This document shows positions 25,771-37,168 of a stretch of 64,000 bases of DNA, piece by piece (the stretch's first letter is position 1; the number at the start of each line of letters is the position of its first letter). The stretch lies in NCBI RefSeq assembly GCF_001194135.2, contig NC_068989.1, positions 49,475,976-49,539,975 of the forward strand, written 5' to 3'. This DNA is from Octopus bimaculoides. Its lineage: Eukaryota. The translations under genes were made by a program, and so were the position numbers. The notes under the pieces are model-generated. The model was not told where the DNA came from, did not search any database, and saw nothing but the letters and a program-made list of their open reading frames with translations.

Positions 25771-28546
25771 AACAACAAACAAGTGAGGACACCTATCTAT
25801 CCATTGTAAATAATGTACATAATTCCACATCTCGAAAACTATAGAATAGTATAATCTTTTCTGGTTGTATATGTTTTAAGCACCACAGATGCTGCAAAAA
25901 AAAGAAAATGTTTAAAGAGAATGCCACCTCCACAACAACCTTTCCATAATGTTTTTCTTTAGTTTCGATTATCATGAATTTTATTCTTCCCAAGTTTTAC
26001 GCTGTGTATATTTTGAAAAATCATAATCTGATATTTAAAACAAATGTAAAAAGCTTTCCACAACTACAAAACAGAAAAGGGGAAAAAGAAAAAAAAAAAT
26101 TGCCTAACCCCAGTTTGTGTTTTTTCTTCAGAATCATAATCTGCAATGTTTAAAACATATGGGCAATTTAGTGCACCAACAATTTCTTACAATTTTTTTA
26201 GGAACGCTATTATTAATAATTTTTTACAAGTATGATTTCTAAAAGATATATGTGAGTTTTCCATAGGGAGCGGGGCAAAATAAGTATTTTTTGATTTCTT
26301 GTTATTTTCTTCCTATCAGTTTGAAACCATTACATTGCAAGTATTGCATGATCGTTTTGTACTGTTGCATCATTTTTGGGACTACAATTTGGTCAGCACT
26401 ATGTTGTTGAAGTTGAAAGAGTTTGAAATAAGTACTTTTTATTTCTAAGACATTTTCCCTCAAATTTGACCCGACTGTAATTGAGGCTGCTAATAAAATA
26501 TCTGCATAATTTTTTATGTCTAACAATCAAAATTCTTTTCTCTGTTGGATTCCAAGTTAGACACAGTCTAATTTGATAATTTTCAAAAAAAAAAAAAAAA
26601 ATCATATCTAAAGTGGAGCAAAATGAGTAACGACTAATTTCAACAGTGTTTCCTCTTTAATTGTATGGTGTGTAATTAGAAAGAGAGCTACAGCAGTAGA
26701 TCGTGAAGAAGCTATTGACAATGATATATTAGCGACAGAGACAGCATTAATACCAAAAGGTAATCTTTGTCCCCACTTAAACGTGGATGTTCAATTCGAA
26801 CAAATTTTACTGCGGTTGTTGTTATGGGTTAAACTCTCACCTTGGCTTTTCTGTGCAAAATGCATTTGTGTTAAGTTTTTAGATTTAGTCAAGTTTGATT
26901 ATATATGCCATTTTTCCACAATCCTCTTTCCTCTATACTATATATTTAAAATTTTTGTAGCTTTTCTGATGTCGAAGGATGGATACTGATCTGTAAAACT
27001 CTTTTTTCACAACCATTGGAGTGCGAAGTGCTCCACACAAATGCAGTTCATGATATGGTTGTGATCTGTAAACAGTTTCGAGTAGGAACCAGAAAAAGAA
27101 CAATGAACATGCAATGCACATACATGTTCACACTGAATTTGTAAAACTGAAGAGCAGAATAAAAACGTAATGTGCATGTCAAAATAAAATGGAAGAGAAT
27201 AAAAATGCGATGTCAAACAAGTTATGATGGTCTGCATGCCACATCTGACACCATCAGCTTTACTGCAATTTTCTTGTTTCAAATGTAATTCTAAAGAAAT
27301 TTACCTTATTTTGTCTGACTCATTTTGTCCCACCTAAATTTGTCCTTTTTTATGCTCAAAAAGAACAGAGATGATTTTCTGAAATAATATTTAAGTTATT
27401 TAAGCTGATATAATTTTTGTAAGGTAGTGAACATATGTAAAAAAAAATATTTAGCTGTGTGGTAATGAAGTCTCTCTTGGTTTATTATGTGATGTGTAAA
27501 CATAATTGAGATAATTGAGCACAATAGTCATTCAGGATTTTTAATGCTGAAAAACGCATTTGAACTTCACTTTTAATATGATGCTGTGGCATTATGTAAG
27601 ATGGCTGCTGGTTCAATAGTCATTCATGGCGAAGGTAATCACATCGGGGTTACTAGTTTTAGCTGCGATGTTATGAAGTCTCTCCTGGTTTACCATGGAA
27701 TGTTGCATACCATTATATAACATATGCTGCATGTTAACCCGTGGGAATAATACAAGAAACGAACTTTAAAATAACAGCAACACCTTATTCCCCTGCTAAA
27801 TTATACAGAAGACCAAATACACACATCACAAATTCTGTTGACTGAATAGTTCATCTATCGTTAGGATAATTCGACTCTGGCCATTGTTGGTTACAAGTAC
27901 TTCATTGTCTCAACAGGAAAATATCATGACACATGCTCTGGGAAAATCTCTCACTTCTCTCAGTGACAATGATTTTACATTGCTATTTATAAGCAAAAAG
28001 GGATTCATAGCGATAGTTCAGATTAATTGTTTGAGGATGTATTATGCGCACCGTGAATAGATCAAAGATCCATATTCCATGCAATACTTGACCTATCAAA
28101 ATACAAGACTCAACCAAATGTTCCAAACTCACATGATTAGTCAAATGACAAATCATTAAAGATTAACATGTGGAGCCTTATAGTAAATATAAAAAGCTAG
28201 TTGAACATAAAAAGTTAGAACAGAAATGAGTTATGCTACAAATATTTTTTTTTCTCAAAGTCAAAAACGCATTAAATATTACTCACTGTGCCTCTTCCCT
28301 TATATACTTTTGTCTGAACTTTTAACTTTAAAACAGAGTTTGGGAATATTTTTTAAAATCTTAAGATTTTTTAAAATATTTTTTGAGAATAATGACAAAA
28401 TACCTTTACAAGTAAAAGTAAATTGCTGACGTCCAATGGCTGTGCAATTTTGCAATAAAATCATATAAAAAGGTTCCACAAAATGTGTGAAAACTACTGA
28501 CCTGGGCAATAAGCCACGGATTGGAATTGAATAAAGAACATCTGGA

Positions 28547-29661
28547 GGTGGACATTGGAATTAGACACTGAGGGAAAATGGCTGTAACTTTTTTATTTTT
28601 AAATTTTGGCGATTTTCGTTTTCGANNNNNNNNNNNNNNNNNNNNNNNNNNNNNNNNNNNNNNNNNNNNNNNNNNNNNNNNNNNNNNNNNNNNNNNNNNN
28701 NNNNNNNNNNNNNNNNNNNNNNNNNNNNNNNNNNNNNNNNNNNNNNNNNNNNNNNNNNNNNNNNNNNNNNNNNNNNNNNNNNNNNNNNNNNNNNNNNNNN
28801 NNNNNNNNNNNNNNNNNNNNNNNNNNNNNNNNNNNNNNNNNNNNNNNNNNNNNNNNNNNNNNNNNNNNNNNNNNNNNNNNNNNNNNNNNNNNNNNNNNNN
28901 NNNNNNNNNNNNNNNNNNNNNNNNNNNNNNNNNNNNNNNNNNNNNNNNNNNNNNNNNNNNNNNNNNNNNNNNNNNNNNNNNNNNNNNNNNNNNNNNNNNN
29001 NNNNNNNNNNNNNNNNNNNNNNNNNNNNNNNNNNNNNNNNNNNNNNNNNNNNNNNNNNNNNNNNNNNNNNNNNNNNNNNNNNNNNNNNNNNNNNNNNNNN
29101 NNNNNNNNNNNNNNNNNNNNNNNNNNNNNNNNNNNNNNNNNNNNNNNNNNNNNNNNNNNNNNNNNNNNNNNNNNNNNNNNNNNNNNNNNNNNNNNNNNNN
29201 NNNNNNNNNNNNNNNNNNNNNNNNNNNNNNNNNNNNNNNNNNNNNNNNNNNNNNNNNNNNNNNNNNNNNNNNNNNNNNNNNNNNNNNNNNNNNNNNNNNN
29301 NNNNNNNNNNNNNNNNNNNNNNNNNNNNNNNNNNNNNNNNNNNNNNNNNNNNNNNNNNNNNNNNNNNNNNNNNNNNNNNNNNNNNNNNNNNNNNNNNNNN
29401 NNNNNNNNNNNNNNNNNNNNNNNNNNNNNNNNNNNNNNNNNNNNNNNNNNNNNNNNNNNNNNNNNNNNNNNNNNNNNNNNNNNNNNNNNNNNNNNNNNNN
29501 NNNNNNNNNNNNNNNNNNGGAGGAGGTGGTCCAACATTTTTTTTAGGGGGAATCGCATGACCGTGACATATAGAACACATTATCGAAAACGAAAATCGTC
29601 AAAATTAAAAAATAAAAAAGTTACAGCCTTTTTCCCTCAGTGTCTAATTCCAATGTCCACC
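28547..29661. mobile_element. TIR DNA transposon / MITE with long TIRs and 8-bp TSD (interior is gap)
   Basis: GGTGGACATTGGAATTAGACACTGAGGGAAAA... at 28547 and its reverse complement ending at 29661; TSD CATCTGGA at 28539-28546 and 29662-29669. Confidence 0.9.
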
Positions 29662-32600
29662 CATCTGGACATTTATATACTTCATGAAATATCTCAGCAA
29701 TATATATTAGTGACATGATGTGACGTGAATATCGTTGTTTATGAGAGAAAAGGAATAGGACAAAGCAGACAATATTTTAAAGATAGAAGAAATGGCGAGA
29801 GAGGGGGCGGGAGGCATATATGTAGATAGAGATATATGTAGATATAGAGAGAGAGGAGGAAGGAGGCATATATGTGGATGTATAGAGAGAGAGGGAGAAA
29901 GGAGGCACACACACACACAGGGAGGGAGTGGTAAAGAAATAGAGATTGGGAGACATGTTTCTATGTATGTGTGCGTCCACGTATAAGTATGTCGGTATAT
30001 GTGTATGCATGTATAGATAGATAGATAGATACGTCTGTTTGTGTCTGTATATATTTGCGCGTAATGTATATGTGTTGGTAGGTGAGCGTACACAAGATTT
30101 ATTAGAAAGTGTCTTTTCGCGCCTATGAAACTCGGAGTAAAGTCCACTTGAGTGATTAACTGACCATTTATAAATATACTCTATCCGCTTTTCTTTTACT
30201 TGTTCAGGCACAAGTGCGTGTGTGTGATAGATATCTTCCCCCTTGTCGTCACCTAGACGTTATCGTCTTCTAATAACAGATTATAAAGTTAATATACAAT
30301 TTTCTAACTTTAGTTCTATTATAAGGTAGGATTCAGCGGTGAAAAAGAAAAACGAATGAATTTATTAAATTTTAAAGTAATTTTTTTCTGGAAATTACGT
30401 GTGACACGATTCTGAAATTCTGGATATACGTTTTGCCGCCAATTTCCAGTTATAGCATGAACGATAGTCCGAAAGTCAGCCATAAAGGTTTATTTTGAAC
30501 ATACGGAAGTCTTTACATAAAATGAAGTTAAAATAAAAATAAATGATAGTTTTTTTTTAATGATGAATGATTATAATAAACTTTTTGATTGACAACGATA
30601 AAGAATGCAGTCTTCACAGATTAATTCTATTACGAATATGGAAAAAATTCTCTCTTACATACAGAGCTGAAATTGTAAAAATTTGAAACTGCCAAAGAAT
30701 TTTATGATCTTGCGTATGGATATGTTTTTCAAACGTTGTTTTAACCATCGTCCTTCTTTTACAAACACTTTTTCTATGCCTTCTTGCAACGACCCATCTA
30801 AACTAAAATACACCACAAAATACTACGGTTTGATGGCCATTAAAGGATGCTTGCACAGTCATTCTATCAATATAATATAGACAGTCAAAACATTCAAATA
30901 ATTAATATTGTTTGTAAATTTTGGGACAAGGCCGGCAATTTCGGTGGAGAGGGGTAAGTCTGTTACGTTGACTCCACCAGTGTTCAACTGGTACTTATTT
31001 TATCGACTACGAGAGGATGAAAGGCGAAGTCGACTTCGGTGGGATTTATTTAAATCATCAATATCGCAAGGTAATTCACATAATTGGAAATATTTTTGTA
31101 AAATGAGGGTAATTAAAACTTTCATAGAATATTTTTTGAACAATTTTGTTGGTAAATTCCTTTTGATCTTAACGACATAGCTGTTGTACCTCACCGATTT
31201 CGAAATAACTATTTTCAAAAAGTACACAAAATAAAATTTATTTACTTATTCACATTTCGAAGTCTATTATCATTGTTGATGTTCACTGTCGTTATGTTAT
31301 GGCTCACAAACAGTTTATTATAATATTATACTTAACTTTTTTTTTTTAAAGTTAATATTTAGATAGGAGACAGAGACTAAACACAAAGAAAAATCTATCA
31401 CTCCCTGCACCACCAGGACTGAAATAAAATTTTCTACCACCCGCTTTGGGAAATACTGATTTATAGTTCTATCAAACCAAACACAAAGCTTTTTCTCCTC
31501 CACCTCACCCCAATCTGATATTTATTCAATCAATCTCTGCTAATTCGTTAGTTTACGAGGGTGCAAACAAACCAATTTCGTTTGTCAAACGATGATGAGA
31601 AACAAACACAAGTGCAAAGCCCCTCTCACTCACACGCGCGTTATTATTATGATTATAGGGGAAAATTTGACGGAGATATGCGTCCCCAAAAGTCCACGAT
31701 GCCTGTCTCCGGTACAAAACGGAATAGACGTAAAGAATGTAAGCATCTAAGCCGAAATACATTAGACATAAATTATAAAGCATCGTTTCTCAGCAGCCGA
31801 CATACGATATATTTATATATATTAAAACCTCGGGTGTTATCACATGTAACGTTGCTCATGAAATATACCTTATTGTATCGGCTAAGACACGTTGTTTACG
31901 TCACGTCCCTTATATATTATACAAACATACAACGGCCTTCAACACAGTTTCCGCCAACTACATTCATTCACAAGCTGTAACACTTGTGGAGGTGATCAGC
32001 GGAACCGTAAGACCAAAGTGACGAAGGTCAATGGGTACTTCAACTTCAATCAAATATATAGTACTTCACTATATATGTTGAGTACTTCCCCGTCACATTT
32101 GCTGTAGTAACATTGAGTTGTATTTTCCATCTAAAATAATAGAGTATGGCGTGTTTTTTAAAGCTACCGAAGACCAGCGATTATACAAATTCTGATCTTT
32201 TTTCTTAGTTTCTTCTTCATATCTAACAGTTGTCACGTTTATATGAAACTGTTTCTGTTAAACCCTTTCATTTTTTTAAAGCTGATATTAATTTTCATTC
32301 CTAGAGAAAGCAACTTCTTATTAAAAAAAAAAAGGTAATAATCCTAAATTAAGCATTAGAGTAGTAAGTGATGTCTACCTCACAAATAAAGAAGTAAATT
32401 AAAAGGAAATTTTGAAAAAGTGAAACGAAAATGAGAAAGTGATATTTATGTATCAGTAAAACAGAAAAAAAAAATCGGCTCAAAGTGTTGTGTATATATG
32501 TATGTATGTACAAGAGTAAGTTTTAGGTAACGAAAAATGTTCGCTAAGCTAAGCAAAAGAAGACACTTTCACAATCGAAAGAAAATGAAAGATAGACAAA

Positions 32601-35600
32601 GACGGACAAAGCACTGCGATTGATAAGTGTCTAATAGAAAAAAAGAAATATTGCCAACTTGGAGGAAAATTCATACCACACATCTCCTGCTGTAAAACGA
32701 GATAAATCAGAGCTAAATTTGTCGGTCACGATAGACAATCAACTAACCATCCATATTATTATTATACTATTATTAAAGAATATTCCATCCAGCCGTCCAT
32801 CTGATTATCTCAATCTCTCAAATAAAAACGATCATTCACAATAAAACGTCTGGCGATCTTTCGAATTGTGTGTAAGATGGTGGGCAAAGTGGAAGATAAA
32901 CAAATACGTAGTTAAAGGCATTGAGTTTGTTCGCACGTGCATACGTGTTAGTTTGACACTCAGAGAAATGAAGAGTTGATAAAAAGGATGTTTCGGACAA
33001 CTGGGTTTAGAGCAAGGGACCCTGAACTTTTTAGACCATCGACCCCTTCATGGAATCCTTGTCCCTCATCGCCCCCCAAACATGTACAAGAAAATAAATA
33101 AGAATTAAAGAGATGTGCATTTATCGACCACTTTGGAGATGTTAGAGCCGGAACAAATACTGCAAGGAATCTAGTCCAAGGTTCATACAGTTCCAATAAT
33201 CCATCACTTTGAATTAGTATTTGTAAAAAAAAAAAAAGAAAGAAAAAACGAAGGTAAAATTGACCTCGGAAGGATATGAACGCAGGTTGCATTTCCGGAA
33301 CAAATAACGAAGCATTGTGTCTAACATCTCTGTCAATTCCCTTTCACAGAGCCTAGCAAGCCAACAGTATATACAAATACAATAGAAGTGGCATGGAGTC
33401 ACATAAAATATAAATACCATTTGCCATGCATGGCACTTAAAGAATCTTACCGGAGTTTACCAGACAAACGGAACGTCGTTAGGACATTCAACAAATGCAT
33501 TAGATATTACTCTCCCGCATTATTTATAAGATTTCAATTTACGAATTAAGATAAAACCAAACTCATATTACATAAAATCTGATTTTATAATTATTGCCGA
33601 TTAACGATCGTGTACCTTTCGTTTTGAGTCAGTACAATTCATTTCACTTTGTGTGCAATCCTATACGTACAAAGTTCGAAAGATCTCAAAATATCTACAG
33701 AGAGGTTTTAAGACAGCAAAACAAAATACTAATGTTGTATGTGCATAAACATATTCTGAGACGTTAAGAAAACTTAATTCCAGCTATATTTTTCATTCTA
33801 CTTTGAATCGATAACCTTAAGTACCGATTGTGTAGTGCTGTTGAGATAATCGATTAATATACTATAACTGCAAAAAAAAAAAAAGACAGAAACAGCCACT
33901 GTCTGTAACGTTTGCTGACCCAGAGAAGGTTTTTTGATAGTTTGGGGGAGGTGTCCATTTGAGCATGAGCGTAGTAGTTCTGAAACTAAATTTTTAACTA
34001 AGAATGAACTGACACTACTCACCAACGTTATATTTTCAAACATTTTTTTTTTTTTTTTGAGATAAACATTAATGATGTTGAATGTGGATGCCCTTTGGAG
34101 ATTTGGAATGTTGAACTTCAGAAAATTCGAAACTTAAAACCATGAGCTTTAGGCAAAAATGTCCTGAATGTAATAAGCTTTATTTGTGATTAAACTACGA
34201 TTTAGTAGAAGCATGAGCTAGGAAAAGACTACCAACGTAAGTGGTCCTGAGGCATTGTAGGAAGGAAGTAATCAAAAACTAAATACGACATTATCATTGC
34301 ACAATAATGGGCACATAATGTGCTGTAGGGTCTGATAATCTAACAGGAAATGAACGTTTTAGTTTGCGTACAAATGCGATGGAACAGCTAACAACAAGAG
34401 TGAATTTAAAGAAAATAGACGGTAATAGACTGCTCTGATGGCTTGTTTTAAGTAAAAGACAACTGAAGTTAAATATATGATTTAATAGACAACCAAGATA
34501 AAGTTAGTAATAGCATTGTGGTTCGAAATCAGATGAGGCTTGTGTGAGAAATTACATTTACTATGGCAATGAAACTTGTGCATTGATATGAAATTGTTTG
34601 TTGCAACTGGAAATGAACAAGTTGAATGTATAATCAAAAAAGACTGGTCGCTAATGACTTGATAAAAGTAGCTGATCAGCGTCAAAATAGGAGGTATAGA
34701 CATTATAATTAGTGTGAAACAAGATTATATAGATTTGGAGATTAACATGGACGGACGCAAGGTTTAAATACATTTCCACTACCCGTGAGAAATGAATTAA
34801 GAAAACGCAATGAAAGAAAAAGAGCGAATAAATAGCACACACACAATTACGTCTGTCCTTGAAGAACCAGTGCGAACCGTTTTCCATTTATATATCGTTG
34901 TTCTAGCAGCCTTTGAAGTGCGCTAGGATCTTAAGATCTTTCCATTTCGATGTAATAAATTTTTCTGAGTCATACTTGTAAATTTCGGCCATTAGACATT
35001 TCCCCGCCCTAAGTTTCCCCATATCTTGCAAGAGAAGGAATGAAGTAAATTTGGCTCAAGTTACAAACTATGTAAAATTGAGGATATTTGTCTCAACAGA
35101 AACGCGTCTTCACACATTTTTTTTTCTTAGAATTCACAAGTGGTCGCTGATACAAAAAGGAATTTCCCGGATTCATTCTAGAATAGTGAGTACCAAATGA
35201 TCCCCAAAATATTACCTAAATTGTCTGCCCCACTCTCCACTTCTGTTTATGTGAAAACAAATTTCATTACCGTGCTGGACAAGTTTAAAACTTTTTTTTT
35301 ATTATGCATAACAACTCGTTCTCATTCCCTTTCAATTCTTAAAGCACAACTCCGTAAGAAACACTGCTCTAGAACGTTACGTATCCTAAACATTGTAATA
35401 GATTTGTGTTTCATTATAATTAATAATCATTAAAATGAGAATTAATAATCAATGCATTGGCTTGTCAACACAAGTGGCCTGTTACTCATGACAATGTAGA
35501 TGCATACAAGTACATAGATTTGTTTTTTGTTCTAGCCAAGACTTAATAACAGGAAAAAAAAGAGAACACAATATATCTATTCATTTAAGCAACGTAAGTG

Positions 35601-35792
35601 AATGACTGACAATACTCCTCAAACTTTCATTTCTAAACATTTTTTGATTTGAGATAGACATTAATGATGTTGGGTGCAGATGTCCTTTGGAACTTTGGAA
35701 TGTTGAACCTCAGAAAATTCGTAACTTGAAACCATCAGCTTCAGGCAAAACGCATAAAACTCGGACTTCGAGTCACTTATGTCGCCTAAATA

Positions 35793-36046
35793 CAGTGGTT
35801 CTCAACCAGGGTCCACATAACCCTTGCGGGTCAATATAAGACTTTGTTGTTAATTTTTTTCTGCAATATTTTGGTTATACTTCTACAATACGCAAAATAT
35901 TGAAATAATTTTTTAATGAAATTTTTAATTATATTCAATAATAAAGATATATTAGGATTTTTAAAACACTGAATGACTAAGATGGACCACCCGATTAAAA
36001 CAGAAATAAAAGGGGTCCATGGGTGAAAATTAGTTGAGAAATACTG
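35793..36046. mobile_element. hAT (Charlie-like) MITE
   Basis: TIRs CAGTGGTTCTCAAC / GTTGAGAAATACTG; decayed 8-bp flanks CCTAAATA / CTTTAATA. Confidence 0.75.
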
Positions 36047-36220
36047 CTTTAATATCATTCCACACATATATAATCTGGTGACTCGTTTTGCGACTTATTT
36101 TTGTTTAAAATGTAGTGACTCCCGATCACTGCCTCACACGATGATGAACACAAGTAACGTCATTTTGTGGTTCCAAGAACTCGTGGTCTTGACTAAAAAC
36201 AAAATGCATAAAAACTACTA

Positions 36221-36357
36221 GGAATGGCTGTGTGGTAAGTAGCTTGCTTACCAACTACATGGTTGCGAGTTTAGCCCCACTGCATGGCACCTTGGGCCAA
36301 TCAAAGCCTTGTGAGTGGATTTGGTAGACAGAAACTGAAAGAAGTCCGTCGTGTGTG

Positions 36358-36410
<53 letters not shown>

Positions 36411-36460
36411 GACTAAAGGCAGTGGTCCAGCATGGCCACAGTCAAAATGAGTGAAACAAA
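36221..36460 (+). mobile_element. tRNA-derived SINE, family 2, internally deleted
   Basis: GGAATGGCTGTGTGGTAAGTAGCTTGCTTACC head, (TA)n, CGACTAAAGGCAGTGGTCCAGCATGGCCACAGTC tail. Confidence 0.85.
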
Positions 36461-36931
36461 TCAAATAACTCGTCAAATACCGTAATCCCTCGACTATCAC
36501 AGGTGTTACGTTCCAAAACCCCTTGAGATAGGTGAAAATCTGCTAAGTAGAAACAGTACTGTACTGTATTTTTTTTTTTTTTATAATTTGTATATATTTA
36601 TTTTATTATAAAAGCAAAACAACACCACAGAGGAATCGACGTAACCTTGAATAATAAACCGCGATATGGCGAGGAATAACTATAATATAAACTAGCTACA
36701 CCCGTGAAAACTTCATGGAAAATATAAAAAAATGTAAGCATCTGTAAATTGTGTGCTGGTGCCAAGAGAAATGTTTCTATATTGTGACACTTACAGAATA
36801 CAGAAAGAAGTATAAAACCGATAACTATATAATCCAACCAAAATATCTCAGTTCTATATTTAAGAGATGAGGAATTATGTACATTATTTACATTCGACGG
36901 ATATTTATTTATCTTCATCTTGTTTGTTGTT

Positions 36932-36977
36932 AACACAACGTTTCGGCTGATATACCCTCCAGCCTTTTTTAGGTGTC
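36932..36977 (-). ncRNA. Inactivated hammerhead motif (copy B left arm)
   Basis: GACAC-CTAAAAA-A-GGCTG-GAGGGTATAT-CAGCC-GAAAC-GTT-GTGTT; stems intact, core G5 and G8 mutated to A. Confidence 0.6.
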
Positions 36978-37110
36978 TTGGGGAAATTTCGAACCTGGGT
37001 TCTCATTCCTAAGGTATTTTTCGATGTTACTATTATTATCATTGGAACTGGTATTAAGAAAGGATAGAAAAACATTAGATTTATAAGCCCTAAAATTCAC
37101 TCCATAACTG

Positions 37111-37168
37111 CCCACGGGCATAGTGGTTAAGAGCGCGGGCTACTAACCCTAAGATTCCGAGTTCGAAC
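37111..37168 (+). promoter_or_regulatory. tRNA-derived internal Pol III promoter (A box, partial B box)
   Basis: GGGCATAGTGG (37116-37126) TTAAGAGCGCGGGCTACTAACCCTAAGATTCC GAGTTCGA (37159-37166). Confidence 0.65.

Larger units (their letters stand above)
25603..25846. mobile_element. Foldback element copy A (headless), Penelope-like-derived, hammerhead motif in each arm
   Basis: About 108-bp imperfect inverted arms (25603-25710 / 25713-25819) with a 2-nt loop; one-sided tail 25820-25846 matching the tails of copies B and C. Confidence 0.85.

Noticed and set aside
26263-28250. Possible decayed DNA transposon (Tc1-like start GGGGCAAAATAAGTATTT)
   Set aside because: No matching second TIR and no DDE motif recovered in any frame.
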